Assembly (NCBI GenBank): GCA_951406725.2
Contig: OX597829.1
Location: 21,204,001 to 21,268,000 of the forward strand
Direction of reading: 5' to 3'
DNA: 64,000 nt
Source: Octopus vulgaris
Taxonomy: Eukaryota
Positions within the stretch are counted from its first letter, which is position 1. Every line of letters begins with the position of its first letter. Made by a program: the position numbers and the translations under genes. The notes beneath the pieces were generated by a model that worked only from the letters and a program-made list of their open reading frames with translations, was not told the DNA's origin and ran no database searches. Of this stretch, positions 24,454 through 38,554 are shown in pieces.

Positions 24454-26259
24454 TTAGACACGCATAGTTTTAAAGAGGATTTAGCTGTTATTTTTAGCAA
24501 CCACATAGTGAGACCTTCCTTGTTTATGTTGCTTGCAGGTTGTTGTCATTTTTCAGCATGCATCCACACATGTGTAAATTAATGAATGAGTTTAAAAAAA
24601 CTTCTGTCAGGCTGAGTATGAATATTCAGAAATGAAACATGGAACAAAGATGATGACAATGATGGTGATGACCACTACCATCACCGCCACTATCATTTAA
24701 CATCTGTTCCCATACTGGTATGGACCAGACAGTTTGATAGGAGCTGGCCAACTGGAAAACCGCCCAGGCTCCAATTGTCTGATTTGGCATGGTTTCTACA
24801 GTTGGATACCCTTCCTAATGCCATGAAATTTTAGTAAAATTTTTTTTTTTCAGAATTATAATCTCCACATTTTTAAGCATGGAATTGAGCAATTTTGAAA
24901 AATAGTTTTTTAAAAAAAAGTGGTTTGGAAGTGGGAGAGTTGGAGAGTTTCAGTTTTAATATGAAACTTTTTTCAGCAAAATCATAACCTTTGTAGTTGA
25001 AAAACAGAAACCTGAAGAAATTCTTTTGAAAAAAAAAAAAAAAGATGTGCGTTTCATATTTAATACATCTACCAGAATAATATGAGAGAAAAATGGTAGT
25101 AATAAAAATCATAAACTAGTGACATTTCATTTTAATAGAAAAGGATAAAAGAAGAAATAACAATATTAGATATATAACATATAATAAGTGATTACTCTGG
25201 GCCAACAATGTCATTGACAATAAACATAAATATTTACATACACACACACACAAAAGAAATTCAAGCATTACAAAAGTGGAAAATACAAAATATATAATTA
25301 TAATGATAACAATAATTATGATAATAATCATATTAATAATAAATACATCATCATTATAATTTAACATCCATTTTCCATGTTGGCATGGGTTTCAGTTTCA
25401 CCAGAGCTGGTAAGGCTAGGGGCCTCACCAAACTCCACTGTCTGTTCTGGTTTGGTTTCTATGGCTGGATTCCCTTCCTAATGCCAACCGCTCCACAGAG
25501 TCTACTAGTTGCTTTTTATGTGGCACTGGCACCGGTATCAATTCTGCTGTGGTGGATGGGTCTTCTTGAGTACAGCAACGCACCTGATATTTCAGTCCTT
25601 AATCATCATCTTAGTAAGGCTCAGTGTCTTGAAAATGGCCTTCAATACTTCAATACTATTATTAATCATATTAATAATAAATACAGATGTAGTAATTAGT
25701 GAATTAAATGCTATGGAAATGGTCATTATCATTAAGCAAATATTTGTATTTAAGAAAGCTCTTGAAAATGTCATGGCTATCTGACATCATAAATTCAGAA
25801 TGTCTATTTAATGGAGCATTTTAGGAAAAAAAGCATTGATTCAAAATTGCATAATTTACTAACACTAATGGAAAACGAAATGGATTTCACTATGTTCCAT
25901 TTAATTTTGAAAGGGATACCATCTTCTTTCAGTTTCATATGAAAGCTGATAAAGTAATTGAGAATTTGTGTTTTAGGTTTAGAAACAAGTATTCATACAA
26001 GTGAAACCTTGTTTTAAATGAATTAGAAGACCAATTAAACTTTGCTGTCATTAGAGGAGTTACATTACACATAAAAAAGATATGCTTAGTTAAACAATTA
26101 AAAATAAGAATTAAGAGTAATACACTGGAGCAATGTGAAATAAAGTGTTTTGCTCAAGAAAACAACATGCAGCCCAGTCTGGGATTCAAACTCACAACCT
26201 CACAGTTGTAAGTTCGACGCTCTAACTGAGCCATTCGCCTCCATATGTATATATGTATA

Positions 26260-26664
26260 TACTCTTACTCTCTTACTCTTTTACTTGTTTCAGTCATTTG
26301 ACTGCGGCCATGCTGGAGCACCACCTTTAGTCGAGCAACTCGACCCCGGGACTTATTCTTTGTAAACCCAGTACTTATTCTATCGGTTTCTTTTGCCGAA
26401 CCGCTAAGTAACGGGGACATAAACACACCAGCATCGGTTGTCAAGCAATGCTAGGGGGACAAACACAGACACACACACGCATATATATATATACATATAT
26501 ACGACGGGCTTCTTTCAGTTTCCGTCTACCAAATCCACTCACAAGGCTTTGGTCGGCCCGAGGCTATAGTAGAAGACACTTGCCCAAGGTGCCACGCAGT
26601 GGGACTGAACCCGGAACCATGTGGCTGGTAAACAAGCTACTTACCACACAGCCACTCCTGCGCC
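26260..26664 (-). mobile_element. SINE family A, young full-length copy
   Basis: Complete CpG-rich copy from the ggcgcaggagtggctgtgtgg head to the aagagta tail repeats. Confidence 0.9.
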
Positions 26665-27374
26665 TATATATATATATACATATATATATAATATTTATTA
26701 CATATTGCATATATATTATAAAATGTACTATTTCCTATCAAAACTTTACTGTAAGAGTCTTTTATATTCCCCTAACCTATTGAATTATCTCACATGTTCG
26801 TCTCTTTCCTTCTATCCTTCCATTATTTTCCCCATCTTCCTCAATTATTTTAACATTAGCTTCTAATTTTTTGTCTCTAATTCTACTCAATTTACTTCTT
26901 CATTTGATTAAATATACATCCCTTCTTTTTACTCTATTTAACACAATTAGATCCGTACACTATTTTATTATATATATATATATATATTAGAAAATTACTA
27001 TATGTAAATCTCACAACGAGAGATATTCAGCAACAGCACTTTGGAGTAAAGATTATTTGCCAACATAACATGGCAGTCCTGGTTTAGGATGAATGTTGCT
27101 GTAATATAGCCCCAGGAGACATCGTCTCCAGCTGGCTATACGACACAATCTGGTCTTTTAATGTGCCACTGGCATGGGTGCCAATCAGGTGATACTGTCA
27201 TCAGCCATGTCAATAATTTCATTTGCCTCAACAGTTCTTCACAAGCACATGTTATATACATACATACATACATATATATATATACATTTTATATACATAC
27301 ATATATATAACATATTATATACATACATACATATTATATACACACATATACATATATATATATTAAATACATAC

Positions 27375-27422
<48 letters not shown>

Positions 27423-27529
27423 ATTAACACACACACACACATACACATATTGTCAGCAATTCATATATCTGTATAAGAAACAGACTCTAAACCATTAGAG
27501 CAGTGATATGTGTTTTAGGAAGTCAAAAT

Positions 27530-27663
27530 TTATGGCCAGTCATAGAGTGACCATTGATTTTACACCTATAAAGCACTTAGCAGCATAGGTAACTTGTCAG
27601 ACTCAATGCATACTAAACACTTTATAGGTGTGAAACCAATGGTCACTCTATGACCAGTCATAA
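27530..27663. repeat. short hairpin or MITE-like inverted repeat
   Basis: gtcatagagtgaccattgattttacacctataaag vs ctttataggtgtgaaaccaatggtcactctatgac. Confidence 0.8.
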
Positions 27664-27673
27664 CTTTTAACTT

Positions 27674-27726
<53 letters not shown>

Positions 27727-28146
27727 TACGCATGTGAGTACATATACACATATCTATATCAGCATATCCATCTATCTATATCTCCCCCACTCTCTCACTC
27801 TTTCTATATATATATATATATATAATATATATATATAATATATATATTCTATAAATAATAATAATATTTATAAGCTTAAAGCTTAATAGTGATCACTGTG
27901 TACTAACTAAAGAAAATAGTCTATTATTGGGGCATATAAGCCCTGGACGAAAAAAAAACGGTTTTCCTTATGCATGAGACATGAACCCACATCTCTTATA
28001 TTCACAATAAGTGTTCTAACCATTACACTAACATATCCACTCCTTCTTGTTAGGTTTAAGAGCTATAATTTCATAGTGTTGTTTTATAAACAAACAAATG
28101 TGCGTTTTCTGTGATAAATTGAGAAGTGGTACATAAGGTATATAAG

Positions 28147-28375
28147 GGCGGTGAGCTGGCAGAAACGTTAGCATGCCAGGCAAAATGTTAGCGGTATTTC
28201 GTCTGCCGTTACATTGTGAGTTCAAATTCCGCCAAGGTCAACTTTGCCTTTCATCCTTTCGGGGTCGATTACATAAGTACCAGTTACGCACTGGGATCGA
28301 TATAATCGACTTAATCCATGTCTGTTCTTGTTTGTCCCCTCTGTGTTTAGCCCCTTGTGGGTAGTAAAGAAATAG
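28147..28375 (+). mobile_element. SINE family B, full length
   Basis: tRNA-like head, central gcctttcatcctttcggggtcga block (Meta-domain-like, from memory), flanked by a tatataagg direct repeat. Confidence 0.85.
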
Positions 28376-29307
28376 TTATATAAGGTCCTGGTAGGGTATA
28401 AAGGAGGGTATTTTCAGAAAAATACACAAATTTTCACTTCAAATATTGCTTAAATCAACATTGCAAGCAGAGTTGGTTTTGAAACATTTGTAACTGATTG
28501 TTAAAGATGTGTTGAAGTATTTCTTTATGTTCTTATTTGGATGACTGACTGACTGACATACACACATACATCAAAGTCATTGTCAACAACATTCTCGTAT
28601 AAGAATAATAAATTTGTACTCGACAAAAGTATAGAGTAACTCATCAAAGTATAGAGTAACCCATATGCATTACATACGCATATATATTATTGTGTCTGGG
28701 AAGAGTCATTCTGTTTTAATCCCTTGTTACTTAACACACTCACCAGTTTGATTTCCACTCATTTATTTATTAATTTAAGAAAAAAAAATTTGTTGCATCT
28801 TGCAACCTCTTCGACAGTCGTTGGCTCTGTCTGTTATCAGAGCTGCATTCTTTTTGTTTGTTTGTTTGTGCTTGTTATGCTTCAACACAAAAATTCATAT
28901 AAAGAATCTTGCATGTCAAATACAAAAACGAAATATATATACATACATATTGAGAGAGAGAGAGAAGAGGTACAGGATGACTGCTTATAGTTGACTTGGT
29001 ATGTGCATACATCTTGTACACATACAATACATATACACACACTTACTTGTAATTATAGACTTTTATATATATAATTATAATAACCTGATGTGAAGTACAA
29101 TTTTTATTTAATTATATACACACTCACACACATCATTATACACATGAAAACATATACTGTATATATAGGTATATAATGATTTATAATATTACCAACTGTA
29201 CATTTTATTGGTAAATTGGCATGGACGTTAACAGTTGAGTATCTTGTATATGAGCATGATCCGGAGATTATAAAGGAGTGCAAACTTTACTGTTTATTTT
29301 GGTGGTT

Positions 29308-29720
29308 ATCTTTTACTTGTTTCAGTCATTAGACTGCAACCATGCTAGAGCACTTCCCTGAAGAATTTTTTTTTAATCAAATGAATTGACACCAGTACTT
29401 ATTGTTTTTTTAAAGCCTAGTGCTTATTCTATTGGTCTATTTCGCTGAACTGCTAAGTTATAGAGACATAAACACACTGGTTACCAAGAGGTGGTGGGAG
29501 AAAAACACAGACACAAAGACACACACACATGCTCGTATGCACACACACACACCATACACAACGGGTTTCTTTCAGTTTCCATCTACCAAATCCACTCACA
29601 GGGCTTTGGTTGATCTAAGGGTAAAGTAGAAGACAATTGCCCAAGGTGCCACCCAGTGGGGCTGAACCTGGGACCCTGTGGTTGGGAAGCAAACTTTTTA
29701 TAATAACACAGCCATGCTTG
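29308..29720 (-). mobile_element. SINE family A, older copy
   Basis: Family-A tail, (CA)n middle and head in reverse orientation. Confidence 0.8.
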
Positions 29721-30725
29721 TGTTTACTTGCATACTTTTCCGACTCAACAATTGAAACACAGTAATATATAAACACCAATCCTTTATAAATTCTTTAATA
29801 TCAATTATTTGTTAATTACTCACAAATTAAAATATTTTTGTGATGAAAATGGGCTCACTCAAACTAAGAGAACACTTTCAATGTAAATCAACATAAAATC
29901 TATTTTAAAATAGAAGAAACTACTTGATATTTTGATTTAATTCTGAGAAATGAACAACTTGCTTTGGCTAATAAACTTGCCCTTTAAATGGAAATAATAG
30001 GATGGAAATGTTGTTGCTAGAACTAAATTGATTGCAATTACAAACTTAATAACTACGAACTTAGACATCCTGCAATTTCTGCTCTCTCGGCATTTTCAGA
30101 CTATTCTTATTTTTTTTAATAGGTCAGGAAATATGGACTATTTTCATGAAGATATCTGTCTCATTTAAACATGATTATGGACTTGCAATCATAAAAACGT
30201 AAGGCCAGCATCATAAAATTGGCATAGCATGTACATATTTGGCATATTTTACTATTCTTGTTCATAAAAAAAAAACAATAAAAAACCCATTGTGGATATG
30301 ATTGATGGACAAATGTATCATTTAAAAGAATATTAAATAGAATCTGTATTTAATATTTGACAGTTTTACATTCCCTCACTCCATGGTAGAATTTTGAAGT
30401 TAATATTTTTCCAGTATAGGAATAGACAAATATGAATTTGGTGTATAGCTTGTAATTTGTCCATTCATGAAAGCTGGTCAAACTGAGAGATAGATTAAGA
30501 TGATTGAGCTAAGAAACGATCTTAAACCTGTGGTTGTTATCCCAATAGCTTAACTCAGAAACATGGTACACTATTAACTTTTTAAATACAGACATTTAGC
30601 TCTTGGGTACCTTTAGCAGTATCTGCTTTCTCATAAGCATTCTACCCAAGTATTCTGTCTATGGGTTGCCTGATAGGTTGTTTTCTCCCTAAAGTCTTAT
30701 ATTGTCATTCAATGCTCGAAGTAAG

Positions 30726-30772
<47 letters not shown>

Positions 30773-30775
<3 letters not shown>

Positions 30776-32289
30776 TCATCATCATCATCATCATCGTTTA
30801 ACGTCCGTTTTCAGCGCTAGCACGGGTTGGACGGTTCTACCAGGGTCTGGGAAGCCAGGGGCTGCACCAGGCTCCAGTCTGATCTGGCAGTGTTTCTACA
30901 GCTGGATGCCCTTCCTAACGCCAACCACTCTGCGAGTGTAGTGGGTGCTTTTTACGTGCCACCTGCACAGGTGCCAGAGGGGTCTGGCATCGGCCACGAT
31001 CGTTTGGTGCTTTTTATGTGCCACTGGCACAGAAGCCAGATGAGGCGGGGCTGGCATCGGCCATGTTCGGATGGTGCTTTTTATGTGCCACCGGCACAGA
31101 AGCCATTCGAGGCGGGGTTGGCATCGGTCACGTTCGGATGGTGCTTTTTACATGCCACCTGCACAGGTGCCAGAGGGGTCTGGCATCGGCCACGATCGGT
31201 TGGTGCTTCTTATGTGCCACCGGCACAGGAGCCAGTCGAGGCGGGGCTGGCATCGGCCACGTTCGGATGGTGCTTTTTATGTGCCACCGGCACAGAAGCC
31301 ATTCGAGGCGGGGTTGGCATCGGTCACGTTCGGATGGTGCTTTTTATGTGCCACCGGCACAGAAGCCAGTCGAGGTGGCACTGGCAACGGCCACGTTCGG
31401 ATGGTGCTTTTTATGTGCCACCGGCACAGGTATCACTGCTACTATTTCCATTGATATTTGTTTCGATGTTCATGTACATGCACTTGACTCAACAGGTCTC
31501 CTCAAGCACAGTGAGATGTTCCGGGATCCAAGGTACTTTGAATGGGCAGGGGCTATGCGGACTGGTGCCGGAAGCATCCCGGGTCTTAGTAGTCACAGCA
31601 CATCTCCAGAGATCTCAGTCCTTCGCCATTGCCTCAGTGAGGCCCAACGCTCTGAGGTCATGCTTGACTACCTCATCCCATGTCTTCCTGGGTCTACCTC
31701 TTCCCCTGATTCTTTCAACTGTTCGGGAGTGGCACTTCTTCACATATCTCTCCTCATCCATCCGCAGTACATGACCATACCATCGCAAGCGTCGCTCTTG
31801 CACACCGCATCTGATGCTTCTTATGCCTAGCATTTCTCTCAGGGTGCTTACACTCTGTCGTGCATTCACACTGACATTACACATCCAGCGGATCATGCTA
31901 GCTTCATTTCTTTCAAGTCTACGCATGTCCTCTGCAGTCACGGCCCATGTTTCACTGCTGTGAAGCATAGCAGTTCGCACACATGCATCATACAATCTAC
32001 CTTTCACTCTGAGTGAGAGACCCTTTGTCGCCAGTAGGAGTAGGAGCTTTCTAAACTTTGCCCAGGCTATTCGTATTCTAGTGGTGACACTCTCTGAGCA
32101 TCCACCCCCACTACTAACTTGGTTACCCAGGTAGCGGAAACTATCAACTACTTCTAGTTTCTCCCCCTGGAGTGTGATGGAATCTGTTTTCTGAGTATTT
32201 GTGGTGTCTATTGTCCCTGTGCATCTGCCGCACATGAAAGCTATCTTATCAGTTACTTTCCCTTTGATGTTGCTGCACCTCTTATGCGT

Positions 32290-32291
<2 letters not shown>
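30773..32291 (-). mobile_element. 5'-truncated RTE-clade LINE (RT C-terminus, tandem-repeat 3' UTR, (GAT)n tail)
   Basis: ORF 31615-32235: LEVVDSFRYLG, RIRIAWAKFRKL, KGRLYDACVRTAMLHSSETW, RRLRWYGHVLRM, GRGRPRKTW. These are RTE signatures. Confidence 0.95.
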
Positions 32292-32329
<38 letters not shown>

Positions 32330-33184
32330 AGGTTTAGAGCTGATGTACAGGTATTTTATATTAGAAGAAATGAGTTACTCAGAAATTCGGATGGTTTTAT
32401 ATTTACAGATATTTAGTTGTATATTACATGTTTTTATACATCATATAACTTAGATCATGTATTAGCGCTTTCTCCCATTCTAGTGGGGTTTTCAATTCGA
32501 ACTAAGTATATTTATATATATATATATTTATATATATATAGTCCTGAGTCAAATCGTCCAACCCATGCTAGCATGGAAAGCGGACGTTAAACAATGATGA
32601 TAATATATATATATATACATGGACTAAGAGATGCATGGATAAAAGTACACTATGCCAATTAGTGTGAATCTGCAGAATGGATGTTTTGAGAAATTGAAAC
32701 CAATTAATAATAACATTGCATTGTAGATTCATCATTCTATTCTCATGGTACTATTAATTTTGAGCACAATTGTGGCAAAGGAAGAAAAAAACCTTTGCTA
32801 ACTATTCTCAATTCAACTTTAGAGTTTATTTGATTAATGCAAGTATGGAGTAGCCAGAAAACCGATGATGATCTGCCTGCCTGCCTACCTACCTACCTAC
32901 CTACCTACCTATACATACATACATACATACATACATACATACAGTTATACATATTTCTATAGATATATTGTTGATATCATAAACATCTTTATAGAGTTGG
33001 AGAGACTGTGAAAATAATTCTTTTTTGGAACAGTGGCTCTCAAAGCACATGCATAAAGCTATAAATAATAACATGCAAATATTAGTTTGGAAAACCCTTT
33101 TAGATAGAAAAATTCAAAAGTAGCCTTCAACTTTCTCTATCCAAAAAAGGGTTTTGAATTAAATTTTTATCCTTTTCTTTTCTT

Positions 33185-33394
33185 TTATTCTTTTATTCGT
33201 TTCAGTCATTTTGACTGCGGCCATGCTGGAGTAGCGCCTTTAGTTAAGCAAATGGACCCCAGGACTTATTCTTTGTAAGCCTAGTACTTATTCTATTGGT
33301 CTCTTATGCCGAACCGCTAAGTTACGGGGACATAAACACACCACCATCGATGTCAAGCGATGTTGGGGGGACAAACACAGACACACAATCATAT

Positions 33395-33450
<56 letters not shown>

Positions 33451-33607
33451 CGGGCTTATTTCAGTTCCTTCTACCAAATCCGCCCACAAGGCTTTGGTTG
33501 GTCCGAGGTTATAGTAGAAGACACTTGCCCAAGGTACCACACAGTGGGATTGAACCTGGAACCATGTGGTTGGTTAGCAAGCTACTTACCACAGCCACTC
33601 CTGCACC
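33185..33607 (-). mobile_element. SINE family A
   Basis: Full-length reverse copy with (CA)n(TA)n middle. Confidence 0.88.
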
Positions 33608-33656
33608 AATATTTACATGCTATTATTTTCTTTGTATGCTTTGAAATCCACTCTTC

Positions 33657-33696
<40 letters not shown>

Positions 33697-33702
<6 letters not shown>

Positions 33703-33929
33703 TAGCCAAAAGTTACCCAACAGTAAATCAAAATTCCATAAATACTATCTGTAATTCTGTATTGGCTTGAATGGGAAAATCTGTCACTTAAAAAGGACTT
33801 CAGTTTGAACAATTTTCATGATGTTTCATATTTCGATTCTTTTCTTAAATTCAATCAGTTGTTAAATATAAATAAATCTTGGAATTAAATGGCTTTGATT
33901 TACTGTCAGGTTACTTTTGACCAACCCTG
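33697..33929. mobile_element. Tc1/mariner-type MITE
   Basis: About 35-bp imperfect TIRs (tagggttagccaaaagttacccaacagtaaatcaaa / tttgatttactgtcaggttacttttgaccaaccctg) flanked by TA. Confidence 0.75.
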
Positions 33930-34010
33930 TATATCTTTTGGGATTAATACATACATACATACATACATACATACATACATACATACATACATACATCTTC
34001 TGGGATATAG

Positions 34011-34042
<32 letters not shown>

Positions 34043-34767
34043 CATATATATAAGTACTAGAGTGTTAAATGTCATATGGGTATTATCAGGAAATATGGCA
34101 TACACGGTTTTCAATTTAACTTTTATAAAATTTTCTTGGTGATTATACAAAATGATGAAATGAATGCTAATTTTCAAAAGAAAAAAATATTACCTTATAA
34201 AAAAATTAAATAAAACAAGTGTCTTATTTGTATAATTTCTCCCATAACTACCCTATCATTACTCTCTTTCTTTTTCCTTCTCCTACTCCTCGTCTGCATT
34301 TCTTTCTCTCTCACTATCTATCTGTATATGTTGCGTTCTTTTATTCATTGCCTGCTATCAATCCTAGTATGTGCACTCATCTTGTACCTCTTGTATTAAC
34401 TCTCTCTCTCTCTCTCTCTCTGTAATTCACTGTTACTCTCTCTACCCATCTCTCTATATCATGTAAAGTGTGATTGGAGACATTAACCAACAAACCAACC
34501 AACCAACCAACCATCTAACCACCAGTCCAATATTTATATTAGCAGTTATTATAAAGAGATATATATATATAATAGTTAATATGCAACTAGCCCACTCACA
34601 TAAGTTTTTCAATATAAGTTTTAGGTTGAGAATATGCTCAACTTTATGTATTTCTAATATACATATGAGTTACAGAATTTAATACAAATGTAGAGTATTC
34701 TTTAATACTCTATCACTGCAAAGCTCTAATTTCCAGTACTGATTTGTGTGTTTCCAATCATCTAAAC

Positions 34768-35290
34768 CAGGGGTTGCCAATGGGGGTCTGATGGACCTCT
34801 AAGGGTTGGCAAGAAATTACAGAGGGTTGATGATAGTCAAGGAGTCTGTTGGCAGTTGGTGTGCAAAAGACCAGCTCACACAGATGAACGGCTTGAAATA
34901 CTTAGTTAGCACCATGCTCATTCCTCACATTGATGTTGTCAATTTCAGTAAAAGATATTCCAGTAATATGATGCGTTTTTTTTTACATTTTTTCACTGTG
35001 AAAACAATTTCAGAAAAATTGAAAGTTAAATAAATGTATACTCGTACACATAGTTTTAAATGTAAAAAGTGTGTCATCTTCATTAGAATTTCTTAATTTG
35101 TCGTACACGAATATTTTAGCTAACATTTTAATTGCCTGGTACTCATTTCAGATATGGTACTGTAGGGTAGGGAATTAAGACATTTTAAATGAGGAAGGTG
35201 GTCAATGCAGAAAGAGAAGTAACTAAAGGGGGTCAATGTAGAAGAAGTGGCTAAAGGGGGTTGATGGTTGAAAGGGTTTGGTGACCCCTG
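34768..35290. mobile_element. hAT-superfamily non-autonomous element
   Basis: TIRs caggggttgccaa / ttggtgacccctg with a perfect 8-bp TSD atctaaac (34760-34767 and 35291-35298). Confidence 0.88.
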
Positions 35291-35604
35291 ATCTAAACAA
35301 AAGAACATAAAGATAAGTGTTTTGTTTAGACTGCCATTTCATAATTCAAAAAATATTCAGACACTGGATATTCAAAAGGAAACCAAATTTCATTTACAAG
35401 TTGATTTACTAAATTTGATTTCAACCCACTCCACCCAACATATGCTGAATATGAGCCAATAAACAGTCAATCCATGAGCAATAAATGAATGAAACAAGGA
35501 TAGCCTCATCAGTTTGCTTCCATTTTTGGCATCTAGCTAGAACAGCAGTGATGCTAGAACAACCTTGATGATACCTCACTAACAGTGTTCCTTTACTTGC
35601 ATTT

Positions 35605-35990
35605 GTGGCTCTGTGGTAAGATGCTTGCTTCCCAACCACATGGTTCCAGGTTCAGTCCCACAGCATGGCACCTTGAGCAAGTGTCTTCTACTATAGCTTT
35701 GGGCTGACCAAAGCCTTGTGTGTGGATTTGAAAGAAGCTTGTTGTATATGTGTGTGCGTGTGTGTGTGTGTGTCTTTGTGTCTATGTTTGTCCCCCACCC
35801 CCCACTATTGCTTGACAACTGATGTTGGTGTGTTCATGTCCCTGTAATTTAGCAGTTTGGTAAAAGAGACCAACAGAATATGTACAAGGCTTACAAAGAA
35901 TAAGTCCTGGGGTTGATTTCTTCAACTAAAACCCTTTAAGCTGGTGCTCTAGCATGGCCACACTCAAATGACTGAAACAAGTAAAAGAAT
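35605..35990 (+). mobile_element. SINE family A
   Basis: Head, (TG)n middle and gactgaaacaagtaaaaga tail. Confidence 0.8.
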
Positions 35991-36647
35991 ACTCCACCAG
36001 AAAGATCTTCCACTGTTTCTTTGTTTGGGCTCGTACTATCATTGTGCCAGTTGATAGATCTCGTTCCCCCACACATCCACAAACACATACACAAGCAATC
36101 ACACAGGTTCACACATGCACACACATATACACACATGTGTACGCATGCACACACACACATGCACATGCACACACAAACCTTTCGTTCACTTTCATCTTTA
36201 CTTCAACTCCCAAGATATAACAAAACACCTTTCAGAAAGCTAAGATGACTATTTTATATACTATGTTCCCCAGTTTGTAGCCGGTGGAAAAATCATGATG
36301 ACACTTGATGCTAGTTGCCCTTCTATAAGTCTCAACTTGATTCAGCACTTTCACCTGATTAAATGGACAAGTCATGATAAAAAGTGCATCCAAAAGAACA
36401 ACTCCCACCTAGTCACCAATCACCTATATGTATGTATATTCCCTCTCTCTCTTTCGGAGAGGCACTGAGCAGCTATACGCATACAAACACACACAGCAGT
36501 AACTCCCACCTACCAAATTCAACCACAAAGCTCCGGTCAGCTCGGGGCTATAGTGGAAGACACCTACCCAAAGTGCCACGCAGTGGGACTGAACACGAAA
36601 CCATGTAGCTAGGAAGCAAGCTCCCTAACCACACAGCCATGCCCGTG

Positions 36648-36696
<49 letters not shown>

Positions 36697-36712
36697 TATT
36701 ACATATTGCATA

Positions 36713-37485
36713 TCTATATATATAAAATGTAGTTGTGTGAGTGTCTGTCCCCTTCGATTTAGATTCCTAACTACTCCCACATTTTGCGGTGCAGTTTAAC
36801 CAAATTTGGGTATCTTATAGTCGTGATTCATATCGAGCCCATCTGAGTATTAGCGCGCGTCTACGATGAGTCTACGATTTTAAAAATAATTTAACATCAT
36901 TTTTTATTCCATTTTAATGCATAATCTTTCGTGTGTCGATGGCGGCGGAGTTGGCGTCCATGGTCACACCTGCACCTGTTTGCTTCTCCCCCTTCTTCCC
37001 TCCCTCATGAAGCTGTGGGGAAGGGAGTGTAAGGAAATCAACGTCGTAAAGCGTTGTCAAGGAGACCAGCGTTCTTATAGTTGTGATTAATATCAAGCCC
37101 GTCTGGCTATTAGCGCGCGTCTACGATGAGTCTACGATTTAAAAAATAATTTAACATCATTTTTTATTCCATTTTAATGCATAATTTTTCGTGTGTCGAT
37201 GGCGGCGGAGTTGGCGTCCACGCTCACACCTGCACCTGTGTTGCTTCTCCCCCTTCTTCCCTCCCTCGTGAAGCTGTGGGGAAGGGAGTTTAAGGAAATC
37301 AACGTCGTAATGCGTTGTCAAGGAGACTAGCGTTCTTTTAGAACAACGACTTCATGGCTTGAAGACACCAAAACAGAAATGGCTAAGAAAGCCCGAATTG
37401 GCATCTATAAGGGCAGTAACTCTCTAAAAATGCTTATATAGTTATTTCCCTTACAAACCCGAGCAACGCCGGGCGATACTGCTAG
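36713..37485 (+). mobile_element. non-autonomous Helitron with internal 260-bp tandem duplication
   Basis: A|TCtatatatataaa ... cccgagcaacgccggg hairpin, CTAG|T, no TSD. Segment 36813-37072 is repeated at 37073-37337. Confidence 0.9.
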
Positions 37486-37636
37486 TATATTATAAAATGT
37501 ACCTAGTCACCAATCACCCATAGAGTCTTCAGCTTCAGCAAATGTCTGCAACGCAACAGCAATAGCAAAATGGAAGCAGGAGTACAAAAGTCTACACATG
37601 CAATAGAAAAAGCAATCCATTTTGTAAATATACTTA

Positions 37637-37802
37637 GGCACAGGCAGTGTGTGTGGTAAGAAGATTACTGCCCAAACACACGGTTCTGGGTTCAGTCCAA
37701 CCTCAGGCAGACCAAAGCCTTCTGAGAAGATTTGATAGATGGAAGCTGAAACAAGCCATTTATGTATATATGGGTGTGCGTGCATGCGTGTGAGTGTGTT
37801 TG

Positions 37803-37849
<47 letters not shown>

Positions 37850-38060
37850 CTGTCTGTGTTTGTCCCCTACAACCACTTGACAACTGGTATTGGTGTGTTT
37901 ATATCCCTGTAATCTAGCAGTTTGGCAAAAGAGACTGATAAAATAAATACCAGGATTAAAAAAAAAAGTATTGGCATAGATTCATTTGACAAAACATTCT
38001 TGAAGGTGGTGCCCCAGAATGACCGCAGTCCAATGACTGAATCAAAGAAAAGATAACAAG
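37637..38060 (+). mobile_element. SINE family A, diverged
   Basis: Head, (TG)n and tail blocks. Confidence 0.75.
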
Positions 38061-38554
38061 AACACTGACTTAATAATAAATGAACTTTACAGCTTACTTT
38101 CATAGTTTGTAATGTATCTCAGCAAAGAAGGTGAAGAGGTGCAGAAATTTGTTATCTCAAGTAAATATTGCCCTGATAAGTGAATTCAGTAATCTATTAT
38201 CATTCTTATTTTAGCACAGTTTTGTTATATACTTTAGTGTAATTTATAACTTAATGGATCAACTTCACAGATGTCTCCTAGGACAAAACCAAAACCAAGG
38301 TTGATTGATTTATTAATAAAAAAACAACACTAAAATTTTGATATGTGAACATATGAAATCATACCTACGTATTTAAATGCTATTGGATTTTACTCATAAG
38401 GTATTGGAATCTTAAATGTATACCATACTGCTTAAAATAAAAGATCTACAAATACAATATCCCTATGCATCTCACATCTATTTTCTTTCCTCCACCTCAC
38501 TCTCTATTTTGTATCTTATTTAAATTAACTATTATTTAACCATTTTCTCACACA

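Noticed and set aside
30827-31830. 315-aa and 270-aa plus-strand ORFs; regular repeats resembling a CRISPR array
   Set aside because: Antisense to an RTE 3' end. Units are contiguous tandem repeats without unique spacers, there are no cas genes, and the context is eukaryotic.
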